IMG/VR virus record: IMGVR_UViG_3300010938_000023
Direction: 5' to 3' (one strand)
Length of the DNA: 64,000 nt
Source: an uncultured virus (IMG/VR IMGVR_UViG_3300010938_000023)
Taxonomy: Duplodnaviria; Heunggongvirae; Uroviricota; Caudoviricetes
The notes under the pieces are model-generated. The model worked only from the letters and a program-made list of their open reading frames with translations. It was not told where the DNA came from and ran no database searches. Positions within the stretch are counted from its first letter, which is position 1. Every line of letters starts with the position of its first letter. Both the position numbers and the translations under genes were made by a program. This document shows, piece after piece, positions 29,201 to 41,100 of the stretch.

Positions 29201-32200
29201 ATCTACGCCCACAGCTGGCTGCCGACCCCGACCCACCCGTTCAGCCCATTGATGGCGTTATGGGACCCGTACTGGAAGGAGAAGGCACTGGCCGCACAGG
29301 GCCAGGTCTTTCCGGTCAGCGGCCCGATGTTCGAGGAGACGTTCCCCGGGGGCGAGCTATTGAACCTCACGGTGGGTCGGCTCTTGAAGCCGGAACGTGG
29401 GGTCGAGACCTGGGGCCGACGCTACCTGCGCCGGTTCGACCGGTACCAGCGGGGCCGGGCCGTGCTTGACCCCTCGGGGCCTGCCTCGGACGTAGCCAGC
29501 TATCCGTTAGAAGGGCCGATCCGGCCATTACAGGCCGCCCCACAGACCGGGCTGATCCGGCCCATAGCGGGGCCTAGCGTCCTGTTCCGTGGCCTGATCC
29601 AGTTGGGGCAACCTGGGTTGGTCTCCGTGGGCCCGGGCCCGCTGGCCCATGGAGTGGGTCGAACGGACGTGGGGGTTAGCCCTACGGACGAGCCGGGCTA
29701 TCTGTATGTGACCCCCTCAGGTCGGATCCAGCCAGCCCAGGCCACGACGGGCGAGCCCGTGGGTGGAGCGCTGGCCCAACGGGAGCTGGCGGACCTGAAC
29801 CAAGCGGCCCGTGAGCGTGCCGTACTCTACCACCAGTTACTGCCCGCTCGACAGTTGGACCAGCTGGTGTCGGACCCATTACAGGGTCTAGCCCCACCGG
29901 ACGGGACGATTAGCCCACAAGCAGCCCGATTACAGCTGGCTCGGACCCTGTACAGTGCCCAGGAGCTGATGGGCCTCTACGGCTGGGCCAGCAGTATCCT
30001 GACCGATGAGCCGTTCGTGCGACAGCCGACGCTCCAGCCCGCCAGCCGCGGCTATGACCTGGAGAGCCGGTTCTGGGGCCGTGAGATGGGTGGCAGCTTC
30101 ACCGGGAGCCTGCTACTCAGCCCGCTCGAGGAATCGTTATCCGAGCTGGTACGCCGGTTCCTACCGCACCGGCGCCGGCTCCAGCCGGAATGGAACGAGG
30201 TACCGAACTGGCTGATGCCCAGCTGGCTACCGAACGCACGGTCAGGCTATTTCGAGAACCTCCAGACCGGTGCACCCATGACCAAGGTCGGCCCGTTCGG
30301 GTTCGCACGGGTACCCGGGCCGGGCTACGAAGCGGTCTGGGGCAAGGTCGAGCCACAGTTCCGGACCATACCACCGGCGCTGTTCGGCTATCCGTTCCAG
30401 GCCCAGCTCGCGTTCGTATTAGGGCGTTGGGAGCCCCCGGAACTGGCTCAGGACCTGATCCAGGGTGGCCAGCTCCAGATAGTTCAGACCGAGCAGGGGT
30501 TCGAGCCGGTCCGGTACCGGGCCGTGAGTGAGGAGCAGCTGGCGCGGCTGAACCGGCCACTGCCGGCCGATGTGAGTGAGCTGAACGCGTACCTGGCGGC
30601 ATTGGAGCTGCCCTACGGGATTCTGGAATACCACGCAGCCAATGCCTCTGGCCAGCTGCGCCGGTTCCGGGTCGAGCTGGACCGGGAACGGCTCCAACGG
30701 GAATGGCATCAAGCGAAACGGGCCGAGCAGCTGGCCCGGAAGCTGGTCCGGACCGGTCGGGTGAATAAATGGGAGGTGGTCAGCGATCTGGACAAGGTCC
30801 GGATCCTGAGCAATATCGCACCCTGGTCCGCGGAGTACCGTTACTATCTGGGTCGGGTCACAGCTGACCCGAACCTGCCGGACGAGGTCCGTGAGGAACT
30901 GGCGGAGATCCGGGAACGGGTCCATCTCCAGAAACAGCGTGAGGATATCCATCCCTATATATTCCGACGTGGCCGCTTGAACTGGGAACGGGTACAGGTC
31001 GAATCCATCCTAGCGCCGGGCGTATTCAAGGTGGTCGAGTACGAGCAGCCGATCCGGTTCGCGGGGCTACGGGTGGTTACGGCCGAAGCCCAACGTGAGA
31101 CGGTCCTGGCCCGAATGGAGGCGTTGGGCATTCGACCAGGTGCAAGGGTCTGGATCGCACGGGAGCAAGAGCCTTCCGAGGATATCTATGGGAGCTACCA
31201 TGCCGCGGTCCGCGGCCCGTTCTGGACCAATATCGGGCTGGCACTCTATCGGGCCGGGCTGGCCACCCCGATGGGCCGGGCCGATACGGCGGTCGAAGTC
31301 TATAACCGCTACGGCTGGCTTGCACGTCGGTTCGGAGCGACTTGGGAACGGGTGTTCCATAGCCAGATCCCGCTGATCAGCAACAAGCTCCTGCCGCTCC
31401 GGTCGGGCTTAGAGCAGTACCAACGGGCACACTTCTATGGGGCCTCGGATACGGACTGGGCGGCACCCTGGTCGGGCTGGGTTCGGCCGATGCTACGCAG
31501 CTGGGCGGCATCCGGCCCGATCTCGGCCGGGCTGAAGGCCGCGTTCGTGCTGGGCGCATTCACACCCTACAGTACGGCTCGGCTGGTTCGGGACCTCTGG
31601 TCGGCCCGGCATCAGGGCCTGGCTGCGATCGGTCGGAGGCTATGGGGGGCACCCTGGCATGGTGCGAAACTGGGCTTCGTACTGGGTGCGGGCCTCTCCC
31701 TGGTGCGGTCCGGTTATGAGTTCCTTACGGGCCGGCCCTGGATACCAGGCCAACGGCAGCGGGAATGGGAGCTGCTCCAATACTGGGATATCCTGACCTA
31801 TCTGAAGTGGCGTGGCATCTATAATGAGCTGAGCCGTCGGGCCAAACGTGAGGAGGGGATCGATATCGAACGGCTGGTCGGCAGCTATCATAGCTTGGGC
31901 CGTCAAGTCCAGAGCCGGATCCGGCAGTTGCAGGCTCAGAGACGGAAGCTGATGCGGGCCGGCAATCCCGATCCGGACCGGCTGGACCGGATCCGCCAAG
32001 AGCTGGCCGAGCTGCATAATTTCCGGAACCTCAAAGCGGTCGGCCCGATCACATTGATGGCGTTACAGGCCCGAGCCCGTATGGAACGGACCCTATACGG
32101 GGTAGACCCGGCCGATTACCAGAACGTGATTGCAGCCCTGCCACGGCACATGCGGCCGAGTATTGAGGCCACAATCCAGTACGGGACCGAACGTGAGAAA

Positions 32201-32692
32201 CGGCAGCTCTATCGGATCTTGCCCCCATTCGTGCAACGGGCCGTGGCACCCTGGCTGGGCCAGAGGGCGGATAGGTCCAGCCGTCAGCCGAACCTGGTCC
32301 GGTACTTCGAGCAGCACTTCCTCCCGCCGGCCCACTGGCCTGGCTGGCAGCCGAGCTACGATCTGGAATGGGTCAAGGTCGAGAGTCTGAGCCGGTCCAG
32401 GGTCTCGTTACGGGAGGTCGGCTATTGGGAGAACCAGCTTTTGGAATCGGAACTGGCCCGGGCCGTCCCAGTCCCGAAATGGCATGTTCCGACCCGAGGC
32501 TCCGTGAGGCGTCAGCTAGGGCAGGTGATTCGGGGCGAGGGCGTCCGTGAGGTGCGACTGATATCCGAATCCGTGCCGGGCCGAGGTCGGGACCTGCAGG
32601 TGGTGGTGGACCTGTCGGAGAGCTGGCAGGACGATCCTGATTTTGGGTATCAGGTCGAGCATGAGGCCCAGATCCTGGCCCGGGGCCGTTAA
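26205..32692 (+). CDS. Giant tape-measure-like protein 1 (about 2160 aa, spans an assembly gap) with degenerate PD-(D/E)XK-like and thermonuclease-like domains
   Basis: Follows the chaperones; helical and A/L/R/G-rich with hydrophobic stretches. Track ORFs 26205 and 27134 join across the N-gap: the 27134 frame is open back to the gap (AALSARESQLFGRLEQ...). Confidence 0.7.
27027..27056. other. Assembly gap (30 N)
   Basis: Run of n; the reading frame differs on either side, so the true gap length is probably not 30. Confidence 0.99.
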
Positions 32693-32751
32693 GGCAAGTG
32701 GTTGAAAAAGGAGACCCGTGGGGCCAGGTCAGCAGGAGCGTGAGAACGAGC

Positions 32752-33393
32752 ATGTCGGAACTGGTGAATTTGATCCGATGGGACCTCTCGAACCGGCAGG
32801 AATCGCGCTGTGCCTATTGTGGTCGGCAACGGCAGAACCTGACATTGGAGCATATCCATCCGGTCTGCTATGGGGGTCAGTATGATTGGATCAATCTTCT
32901 GATCAGCTGCCGAGCCTGTAACCAGCGGAAGGGCAACCAGTTCCTGGACGAGTTCCTGGACCGGTGTCCCCGGTACCGACCGCATGTCGAATCGATCCTG
33001 CACGATTCGCCGGCTCGGTTGACCCGGAACCTGATCGTTTTCTATATGGCTCACCCGATCATCCAGCGGATGGCCTGGGTCCAGGCTGAGCTGCAGCTTT
33101 CAGACCAGATGTGCCAGATTCTGAGCTGTGGGCTCTGGACCTATTTCGATCGGGTAGGTGAGCTGCTCGGGATCGAGGAACGGCTCGCCCGGATCGCCGT
33201 CCGAGACCTGAAGGCACAACTCCAGGTCCGGACCCTGAGGGAGGTCTATATCAAACTATGGCAGATGGTCACGAGCCCGACCGGGTCGCCGGGCCCCAAT
33301 CCATCGGACCCGCCGGACCCGAGCCTGGTCCGGCCCGAGCCGGTGATACTGGGCCCGAGCCCGAGCGGGCCGAACCGCTTGGTACGTCTATGA
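32752..33393 (+). CDS. HNH endonuclease with a C-terminal LuxR-like helix-turn-helix
   Basis: CAYCG...LTLEHIHP..YGG...WINLLISCRACNQRKG is a canonical HNH. C-terminal LSDQMCQIL...VGELLGIEERLARIAVRDLKAQLQV is HTH-like. Start could be GTG 32698, GTG 32740 or ATG 32752. Confidence 0.85.
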   Translation: MSELVNLIRWDLSNRQESRCAYCGRQRQNLTLEHIHPVCYGGQYDWINLLISCRACNQRKGNQFLDEFLDRCPRYRPHVESILHDSPARLTRNLIVFYMAHPIIQRMAWVQAELQLSDQMCQILSCGLWTYFDRVGELLGIEERLARIAVRDLKAQLQVRTLREVYIKLWQMVTSPTGSPGPNPSDPPDPSLVRPEPVILGPSPSGPNRLVRL

Positions 33394-34229
33394 TTCCGGT
33401 AGAGCCCGAGCCGACCAGCTCGGCCCGTCGGAAACGAGCGCGGGCCCGAGCCCGGGCCGAGCCCGGCCTGACCGGTCCGGAGCCTGGGCCCGAGCCAGGT
33501 CCGGACCTGGGCCCGAGCCCAGCTGGGCCGGACCCGGGCCCAACAAACCGGCCTGGGCCCGAGCCCGAGTCGGGCTCAGACCCGGCCGAGGCGGGGTCGG
33601 GCCCCACGGGGCCGAGGTCAGCAGCGGGTCCGAGCTGGGGCCAGCTGGTCCAGTCCGTAGTGTTCCCAGGTCGGGCATACGGGCCGGGTATGCAGTTCCG
33701 GTACCGTATACGGGGCGATTATGTCTATCTGCAGTTCGAGGGCACCCATTTCGAGGAACGGGTGACCCGGGCCACGTTCCAGGAGGGGGTCCATTACCGG
33801 TCCGTACCGGGCCCCGCGGGCTCGGCCGGTCCGCCTAGAGCAAGTGTTCTAAACGGGTCACCCCCCGTGGCCCGAGCCAGCTGGGTTCGGGCCGAGCTGC
33901 ACCTGGTCCGGGCCCGTGTGCTGACGGATCCGGACCGGGTCTTAGCGACCGTGCAGCTCCAGCTACCGGAACCCGGGGTGCGGGCCCGGCTCGCGTTACC
34001 GATCGGGCTGGTACAGCTGGCGCCACACCTGGTCCAGCGGGGCCTATACTGTCTTCAGCCGGTCCAGGTGGTGCAGTTCCCCGGTCCGGATTCGAGCCAA
34101 GCCCAGCTGGAGCTCGTGCTGCACTGGACCGGGTCGGGCCCATTAGAGCAGACCCACTGGACCGGGGTACGGCCCTTAGGCTGGTGCTGGCTGGTCACGA
34201 CCGTGGTCATGCCCGATTCCGGTCGATAA
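33390..34229 (+). CDS. Hypothetical protein with a G/P/E low-complexity N-terminus
   Basis: ATGA overlap with the HNH stop codon suggests translational coupling; globular beta-rich C-terminal half. Confidence 0.6.
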   Translation: MIPVEPEPTSSARRKRARARARAEPGLTGPEPGPEPGPDLGPSPAGPDPGPTNRPGPEPESGSDPAEAGSGPTGPRSAAGPSWGQLVQSVVFPGRAYGPGMQFRYRIRGDYVYLQFEGTHFEERVTRATFQEGVHYRSVPGPAGSAGPPRASVLNGSPPVARASWVRAELHLVRARVLTDPDRVLATVQLQLPEPGVRARLALPIGLVQLAPHLVQRGLYCLQPVQVVQFPGPDSSQAQLELVLHWTGSGPLEQTHWTGVRPLGWCWLVTTVVMPDSGR

Positions 34230-34267
34230 CGAAGAAGCTGCAGGCAGGAGTGGGAATTGGCTTAAAG

Positions 34268-35086
34268 ATGGTACGTCGTACCCGGCGGGTCCGATACCTA
34301 CCGAGTGGTCGGCCCCGGAAACGGCCCTGGTACCGCTTGGATGTAAGTGAACGGACCTGGCAGGTCCGGCCGTCCCAGCTGATCGAGCCGAACGATCCCG
34401 CGGAGGCTCGGCCCGTGGGCCCGGCCGGACCTGCCAGTAGCCAGCCGGTCTCGGGCCCGTTACGGCCCGATCAGAAAGCGGTCAGCTGGGTCTGGCCGTT
34501 GGTCGCGCCCAATCGGCTCTTGAAGCTCGACGATATCGGCTGGCGGCCCTGGCGGGGCTGGACCCGAGCGCGGTCGGACCGGGAGCTCTGGCAGAAGCTG
34601 TGCCATGTGATCGGGCTACAGGGGCCGGAGGACTGGAACCGGATCCGGACCGATCAGCCGGAGCTGGCCCAGGTCATTAAACGGCTGTTCTGGCTGGTCC
34701 AGATGCAGCATGGCCGCCGGGTCGGGTACCGGATCGCAGTGGAGCTCGGGCTGGCCGAGCAGGTCCCAGACGAGCATGCCGCCCGGATCGATCTGGGCTG
34801 GCAGGTGCGTGGGTTCCTGCTGCTGCACCTGAAAGATCCCGCCTGGCAGATGGCGGTATGCCATTGTGTACGGGCCATGGCGCTCCAGGACCTGGACCAG
34901 GGTCAGCCGCCCGACCCGGGCAAGCTGGAGATGGACTGGAACCACAACCGGAACATGCCCTGGCGGGCCTGGGAGCAAGCGGGCCGGGCCCGCACACGTC
35001 GAGCCCGGGCCAAGCCGGGCTCCGCCCAGGCCGAGCGGGGCTCGGCCCAGACTGAGCCCGGCCCTGGGCCCGCCGGGCCCGCGTAG
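34268..35086 (+). CDS. Hypothetical basic, Trp-rich protein
   Basis: ATG 34268 downstream of AGGAGTGGG; fills the gap before the next giant gene. Confidence 0.6.
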   Translation: MVRRTRRVRYLPSGRPRKRPWYRLDVSERTWQVRPSQLIEPNDPAEARPVGPAGPASSQPVSGPLRPDQKAVSWVWPLVAPNRLLKLDDIGWRPWRGWTRARSDRELWQKLCHVIGLQGPEDWNRIRTDQPELAQVIKRLFWLVQMQHGRRVGYRIAVELGLAEQVPDEHAARIDLGWQVRGFLLLHLKDPAWQMAVCHCVRAMALQDLDQGQPPDPGKLEMDWNHNRNMPWRAWEQAGRARTRRARAKPGSAQAERGSAQTEPGPGPAGPA

Positions 35087-35135
35087 CGTTTTTGGCAGGA
35101 ATGCGGTTAACAGGAGAGGATCGGTCCAGAGAAGG

Positions 35136-38100
35136 ATGGCACGCCTACCCTATCAAGCCCAACGGGAATATATCCCGGCGAACCTGGCCACGGTCCGAGT
35201 AGGACACTGGCTGTTCGATCCGGCCGAGAACCCATGGACGGTTGACGCGGTCCGGCAGCTGGATGAGGACACATACGAGGTCCGGCTGGCCCAGCCAGCC
35301 CATGAGGGGGGCGCGGTCCGGACACTCACAGTCTCGTTACGGCCCGAAGGGGCCACGGGCCGAGTGCCACCGGTCGAGGTACAGCTGGAAGGCTACTCCT
35401 ACCTCGCCAGCTCCTTCGCCGATCAGTCCGACCCAGCCTGGCTGGGCGTCCTGGGCCAGGTAAGTTCCGATACAGTCCAAGAAGGGCAGGTCCTGGCCTG
35501 GTGGGAATCCCATAGGCCGGCGATTCAGCAGTGGCGTACCCGGGTGGTACAAGAGCTCTTCGCGGACCACCGGAACCTGGCTTGGCTGCGGGACCAGATG
35601 GAGCAGGCCGGTAGCTTCCAGCAGCTGGCCGATACGGTCTGGGCGCGACTGATCGAAGGCCAACTGGTCCGGCTAGAGGCCGAAGATCCGGAACGGGTAG
35701 CACAGCTCCGGGCACAACTGGCGGCACTCCAGGGCCGGGTGCCCCAGCTCCGGGCGGTCCTCTGTCTGGAGGCGATCGATGCCTACGAGGTAACAGTCGG
35801 GCAGGAAATCGGCATCCGAGAGCTGCGGCCGAGCCAGAGGTGGCGGTCCGAACTGCGGGCACTCGCGGGCCAGCTCGGGCCCGCGGCCGGTTCGACGGGG
35901 ACCGCAGTGGATGACGCGTTCAGGCCTCAGCCGCGTGGGGCTACACCGATCGCACGGCACCCCACGGCAGTCCCACCGCCACCCACCGCAATCCCACAGG
36001 CACGCCATCTCGCGGCCGTTACACGGCTACAAGGGCGGCTCTCAGATGTCCCGGACGTGTTACCGGCACCACACCGGGACGTGCTGCGCCGGCTGATCAC
36101 GGCCCAGGTCCCAGGCTATTTGGACCATCCGCCGGAGGCAGCGGCAAGGGTCTCCGCGGAGCTACAGGGCCAGTTTCGGGCATTACAGCGGGCCTGGGGC
36201 GAGCCGGGGCTCACGACCCAACCGAGTATGGCCTGGCTGGGCCGGTATCCAGGGCTACAGACCCGGCTGTTCCAACAGGAAACGATCGATCTATTATTGG
36301 CGGCATACGCGGGCCAAACGGTCCGAGGCCAGCTGGGTGTCAGTCCAATCGCGGAAGCCAATGCGTTCTGGCAGGTCTGGGAATCGCTGGCGGAGCAGAT
36401 GTCGGAGCTGGCGGGGGTTCGGCCCCTGGGGCCCGGAGGCATCGCCAGGTCCGATCCGGACGAGTTTGCGCTCCGACTGAGGCAGCTACGGGAGCACGCA
36501 GAACGGGTTCGGGCCGAGCTCCGGCAGGCCGGTTCAGCGGTCTGGCGGCTGTCCGAGTTCCAGCACGGGCTTACGGGCCTAATGCAGGAACGGCCGGAAC
36601 AGGCCCAGCAGCTCCTGGCCGGTATAGATGAGCTCCTCACGATGCTGGCAGACGACCCACAGGCCGGCCAGCTGGGGCCGTACCGACGGCTCCAGGCGCA
36701 GCTACGCACGTTAGTATCGAACCCGGGCCAGCTATATCTCGAGAGCCGGTACCTACGGGGTCCGCTTTCACAAAGTGAGCTGGGCCCGCTTTTCTCGTAC
36801 GAGGCCCTGGAGGACCTCTGGGGCCGTACGGGGCCCGGGCAGCTCTACGGCCTGTTCGATGAGCTAGCGAGGGCTATCGTGGAGATCGAGGACGCGGCCC
36901 GAGCGGCCCGGAACGAGCTCCCACACGAATCGCTGGCGGGCCAGGAGGCGGAGGACGCACTGATTGAGGCGCGGCAGGTACGTGCCGCGGCGGAACGAGC
37001 GGAGGTCGGCCCGATCGAGGTCTATTATGAGAGCCGGAGACGGGTGCAACGGCTCGAGGCGGAGCTGCAGCAGCTCCGGGCGGAACTGGCGGCATTGCAG
37101 CGGCAGCCAGGTCCAGGTCAGCCATACGGGGCTCAGGACTATGAGCAGGTCCGAGCGGAGCTGATCGAGCTTTATGAACGCGGCCAGATCGACTATCGTA
37201 CCCTGAGAGACCGGCTTCGGCTGCAAGGATCAGAAGGACCCACCCCGCGGGCACTGATTGAGGAACAGATTTTCCTGTTAGAGAACCGTTTGAGACGGGA
37301 ACAGGTCCGTCTGGAACGGTTGAGCCTGTTCCGGTACGGGTTTGGGGGCCGGCTCGAAGATGCCTTGACACGGTCACTGACACAGACGGTGGGGGAGGCC
37401 CGTCAGGGTCCAGCGGCGTTAGAGCCGCCTCTAACCTGGCAGCAAGCGTTACGTCGGGCCACAGGCGAGCCTTGGCAGTTCACGATGGGGATGGGGCCGG
37501 GCCATGGCTATGCCCAGTTCGAGGTACGGGGTCCGGCCCGGGGCGGGCTCTTACCGGTCCATGAAACGCCCATGGGCGGCCCGCTCGCGGTCCAACCGAT
37601 TGCGAGCCTGTCTCCGGAAGCGGCCCATCAACTGGCGATCGGGCTGCAAGGGGTTATGGAGACCGTATTGGGTCGCGAGCTGCCCGGGCCGGGTACACAG
37701 TCAGCTCGGGCCCTAACCCACTGGATGGGCCAGTTCCAGTTCATGGAACAGCTGGCCCAGCGGATCTTGGGGTCCGCCAGTGCCGGGCCGTTACCGGACT
37801 GGGTCCGATTACCGGTCCAGTTGGAAGGGGAGCTGGGTCGCCGTTACGGACGGACCACGCCCGTCACGGAGCTGGCTCGGCTGTTCCAGCCGGGGGAGGC
37901 GGGCTGGCCCATGATCCGCAGGATCATGCGTTGGGCCAATATCAGCGAGGGTGAGGCCCGACGTGAGTTCCAGCAAGAGCTCTGGTCTGACCTGGGTCGG
38001 GTGCTCGCGACCATGACCCAGCACTTGGACCCGACCCAGCCCCTGAGCCAGAACGAGTTCCTGGACCTCGTCGGGCGGAGGCTACTGGGGGCACGGCGTC

Positions 38101-41100
38101 ACACGATCGATCGCCGGATCCTGGGGCACCTGGCGGCGTTACGGAACCTTCTGGAGCAGGCAGCGGAAGGCTTTGGTCAGCGGGACGCCACAACGATTGC
38201 CTCCATCTATATTGCGCACCTGGAAGGGCTGGTGGCCCGGCAGCAGACCCCGGAACGGTTGAGACGCCAAGCGAACGATCTGTTACAGTTTATACAGCAG
38301 GTCGGCGGCCGATCATACGTAGCGGGCCTATGGACCCAAGAGTTCCACGAGGTCGGGACGCGGCCCGATGTCCGGGTCGGCCAGTTTAGGGCAGATGTGG
38401 CCCGGGGCTTGACCCCCAATGAGCTCACGGACCTGGCGGGCCGGGCAGTGGGCGAGGCACGGGCCGAGCTCTTGGAGGGCCTGACCGAACGGTACGATCC
38501 GAGGCTGGCCTGGCAGGTCCCGAACCAGGAACAGGCTCTCCTCGAGCAGATACGGACGGCATTCCAGCTGGCCGGGCTTGACGTTCAAGGCCAGGTCGTG
38601 TCCGAGCCAGGGGCCGCGGCACCGGATATCGAGGCGGGCCTGCACCGGTTCTATCTGAATGCGGCCCGTTGGATAGATGCGCACCGACAGATGCTCATGG
38701 CTGCGGACCCAGAGGTCCGGCAGCAGCTGATGGGCACTCTATTAGAGGAGTACCTCACGGAATCCGCGGGCCGGGGCCGGGGTGGGCAGGCACTTTATAC
38801 GAGGCTGGTCCGGCAGCTGGCATTCCTGGCGCACGAGGTCGCATTGGAGGAATGGGGCTATGGGGATGGGCCGCGACCTGCGACGGGGTTCAGGAACGCA
38901 CGTGAGCTCGGGCAGCAGCTCATGGCCCAGATCCTACCCGAGCTGACGGAACTTGCCGGCAGGTACGAAGGGCCGGAGCTGGCGGAGCAGATGGCACCGG
39001 ACGTGATCCGGGCCAGGCTGCGGGCCATGGTCGCAAACTATCGGACCGATCCGATTGAGCAGCTACGGGCCGTGTTGGACCGGCAGGTGCCGGCCAGCCA
39101 GGTCCTGGCCTATCTCCAATCGTTACAATTACCGGAAGAGCTTTCCGAGTGGCCGCTCCACGTCCTACCGGGCCGAGAGACGCCGTTAGGTCCGGGACAG
39201 GCGACGCGGCTGCTAGAGGCCCTGAGCCATCCGGGGCTCCAGCCCTATGTCGAGCTGGGCTATTCCACGTTCCGGCTACGGGTGATGGTCCGTGACCCGA
39301 ACGATCCCACCGGTCAGAACTTCATACCCGGTACGGTCCGTAGCATGGGCCCGCACGAAACGGTCGTGCAGACCGATATCGGGGAGCTGATCCGGTTCCC
39401 ATCGGACGAGCCACGGCTGATCCCGGTCAACGAGTTCGCCAGCTATAAGCTGATGGCCCAGCATTTCCAGGGGGCACAACAGGCTGCCCGAGCGGGCGCA
39501 CAGATAGAGAGCAGGTTCCTGTGGCATCCCGGTACAGGCGGGCTGGCGGGTGTAACGGGCCCCTGGGGCTGGGATCCCGTGGCCCCCCTGCTATTGGTCG
39601 ATGTGGAAGCGATGCCGGGCGTAGCACCGGCTGGCAGCCCGCTGGATCGGGTGCTCCAGCTGGCCTGGGCCCGGACCGATCAGCCACAGGAGCTGGCACG
39701 GTACTTGAACCCAGCTGGGGCGGCCCAGGCTTATGCAAATATCGTGCAGCCCATCGTGCAGCCCCCGCCGGGCCCCTTTGAGACCGCCTATGAACGAGCC
39801 ATGGAGCTGATCCAGGCACGGCTCGAGGCCGGTGGGATAGGCCAGCTTACCCCGGAGGAGCTCACGCAGGTCCGTTCCTATATAGAGCCCGCGCTCCTAC
39901 GGGCCCGAGCCCTGGGACAGCTGACCGGTGAGGTGCCAGAGCTAACGGCCGAGAACGTGGAGGAGTGGGTCAGGCGGGTCGGTGAGTTTGCGCAGGCCGA
40001 CCGGCAAGCGTTCCAGGTCGCAGCCTCAGATCTCGGCCAGGTCCAAGCCTATGTGCGGCCCGCCTTCTTACATGCACGGGCCGTGGGCTGGCTGACCGGT
40101 GAGGTGCCGGAGCTGACAGCTGAGAACGCGTCCGAACTGGTCCGACAGGCAGAAGCGATCTATGAACGAGCGCGGGCCGAAGGCTTAGCGCCCGTACCCC
40201 AGCTCCTGGCCCAGCTGGCGGGCGAGGCCGGGCCGGGCCAGCCGTTACGGGTAGCTGGGATCAATGTCCAGTTCGATGTGGCACGGTTGATCGAGACGGT
40301 CCTGAGCCAGGTCCCAGAGTCGGACCGGCCTGCGGTCCGAGCCCAATTGGAACGGACCCTCGCAGCAGGTGGTGGGCCATTGGACCTGCAAGCCCTGCTG
40401 CGACTGCTGGTACCGGGCCGAGCCAGCTACGAGCTGGAGGAGGTCATGAAGTGGCCGGAGCTGGCTCCGTTCGTAGCGCAGCTGCCGGCGGGTGTCGCGC
40501 ACGAGGCCGGGGCCGATGTGCAACGGACACTGGCGGTCTGGCAAGCGATCCGAGCGGGCGCACTGGGTCCGAGCTCGGCCGCTCCTCCGGTCGTGGTCGA
40601 GCCGGGCACCCTGTTAGCGGCCCGGCCGGGCTCGCGGGCCCTGATCACAGGGCACAGCCGGCGGGTCGGGCAGTTCGGCGGGCTTTTCGCGTTAGAGGGG
40701 GGCGGGTATGGGGCCCAGGTTTTAGACCCGTTATGGCCGACCTGGGTCATGGGCCAGTCCCCGGAACAGGTGGTCCAGCAGCTGCTCCGTGAGTTCAGCC
40801 CGATCACGGAAGAGGCGGCGGAACAGTTAGAGGCTTATACCGTCGAGGATCTCGCGGCCCGGTTGGTCCGGGACGTCCGGACCCGGCCGGACCGAGCGGA
40901 CCTGTACCAGACCCTATTCGAGCAGTACCGACAAGCGGTCGCGTCCCTACCGGAAGGGTCTGGCCAGGCAGCCGTCCAGGCACGGTTCGGCCAGCTGGTC
41001 CGAGCCCTGGCCCAGGAACGGGCCGAGCCGTTCCGATTAGTTCAGGCTCAGCAGTATCTACATGACCCACGTGGGTTCCAGGTCTTGGGCCGGGCCGCAG

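Noticed and set aside
34866..35135. N-terminal extension of the giant ORF given by the track
   Set aside because: It overlaps the preceding gene in another frame and has shadow-like composition; ATG 35136 is the more plausible start.
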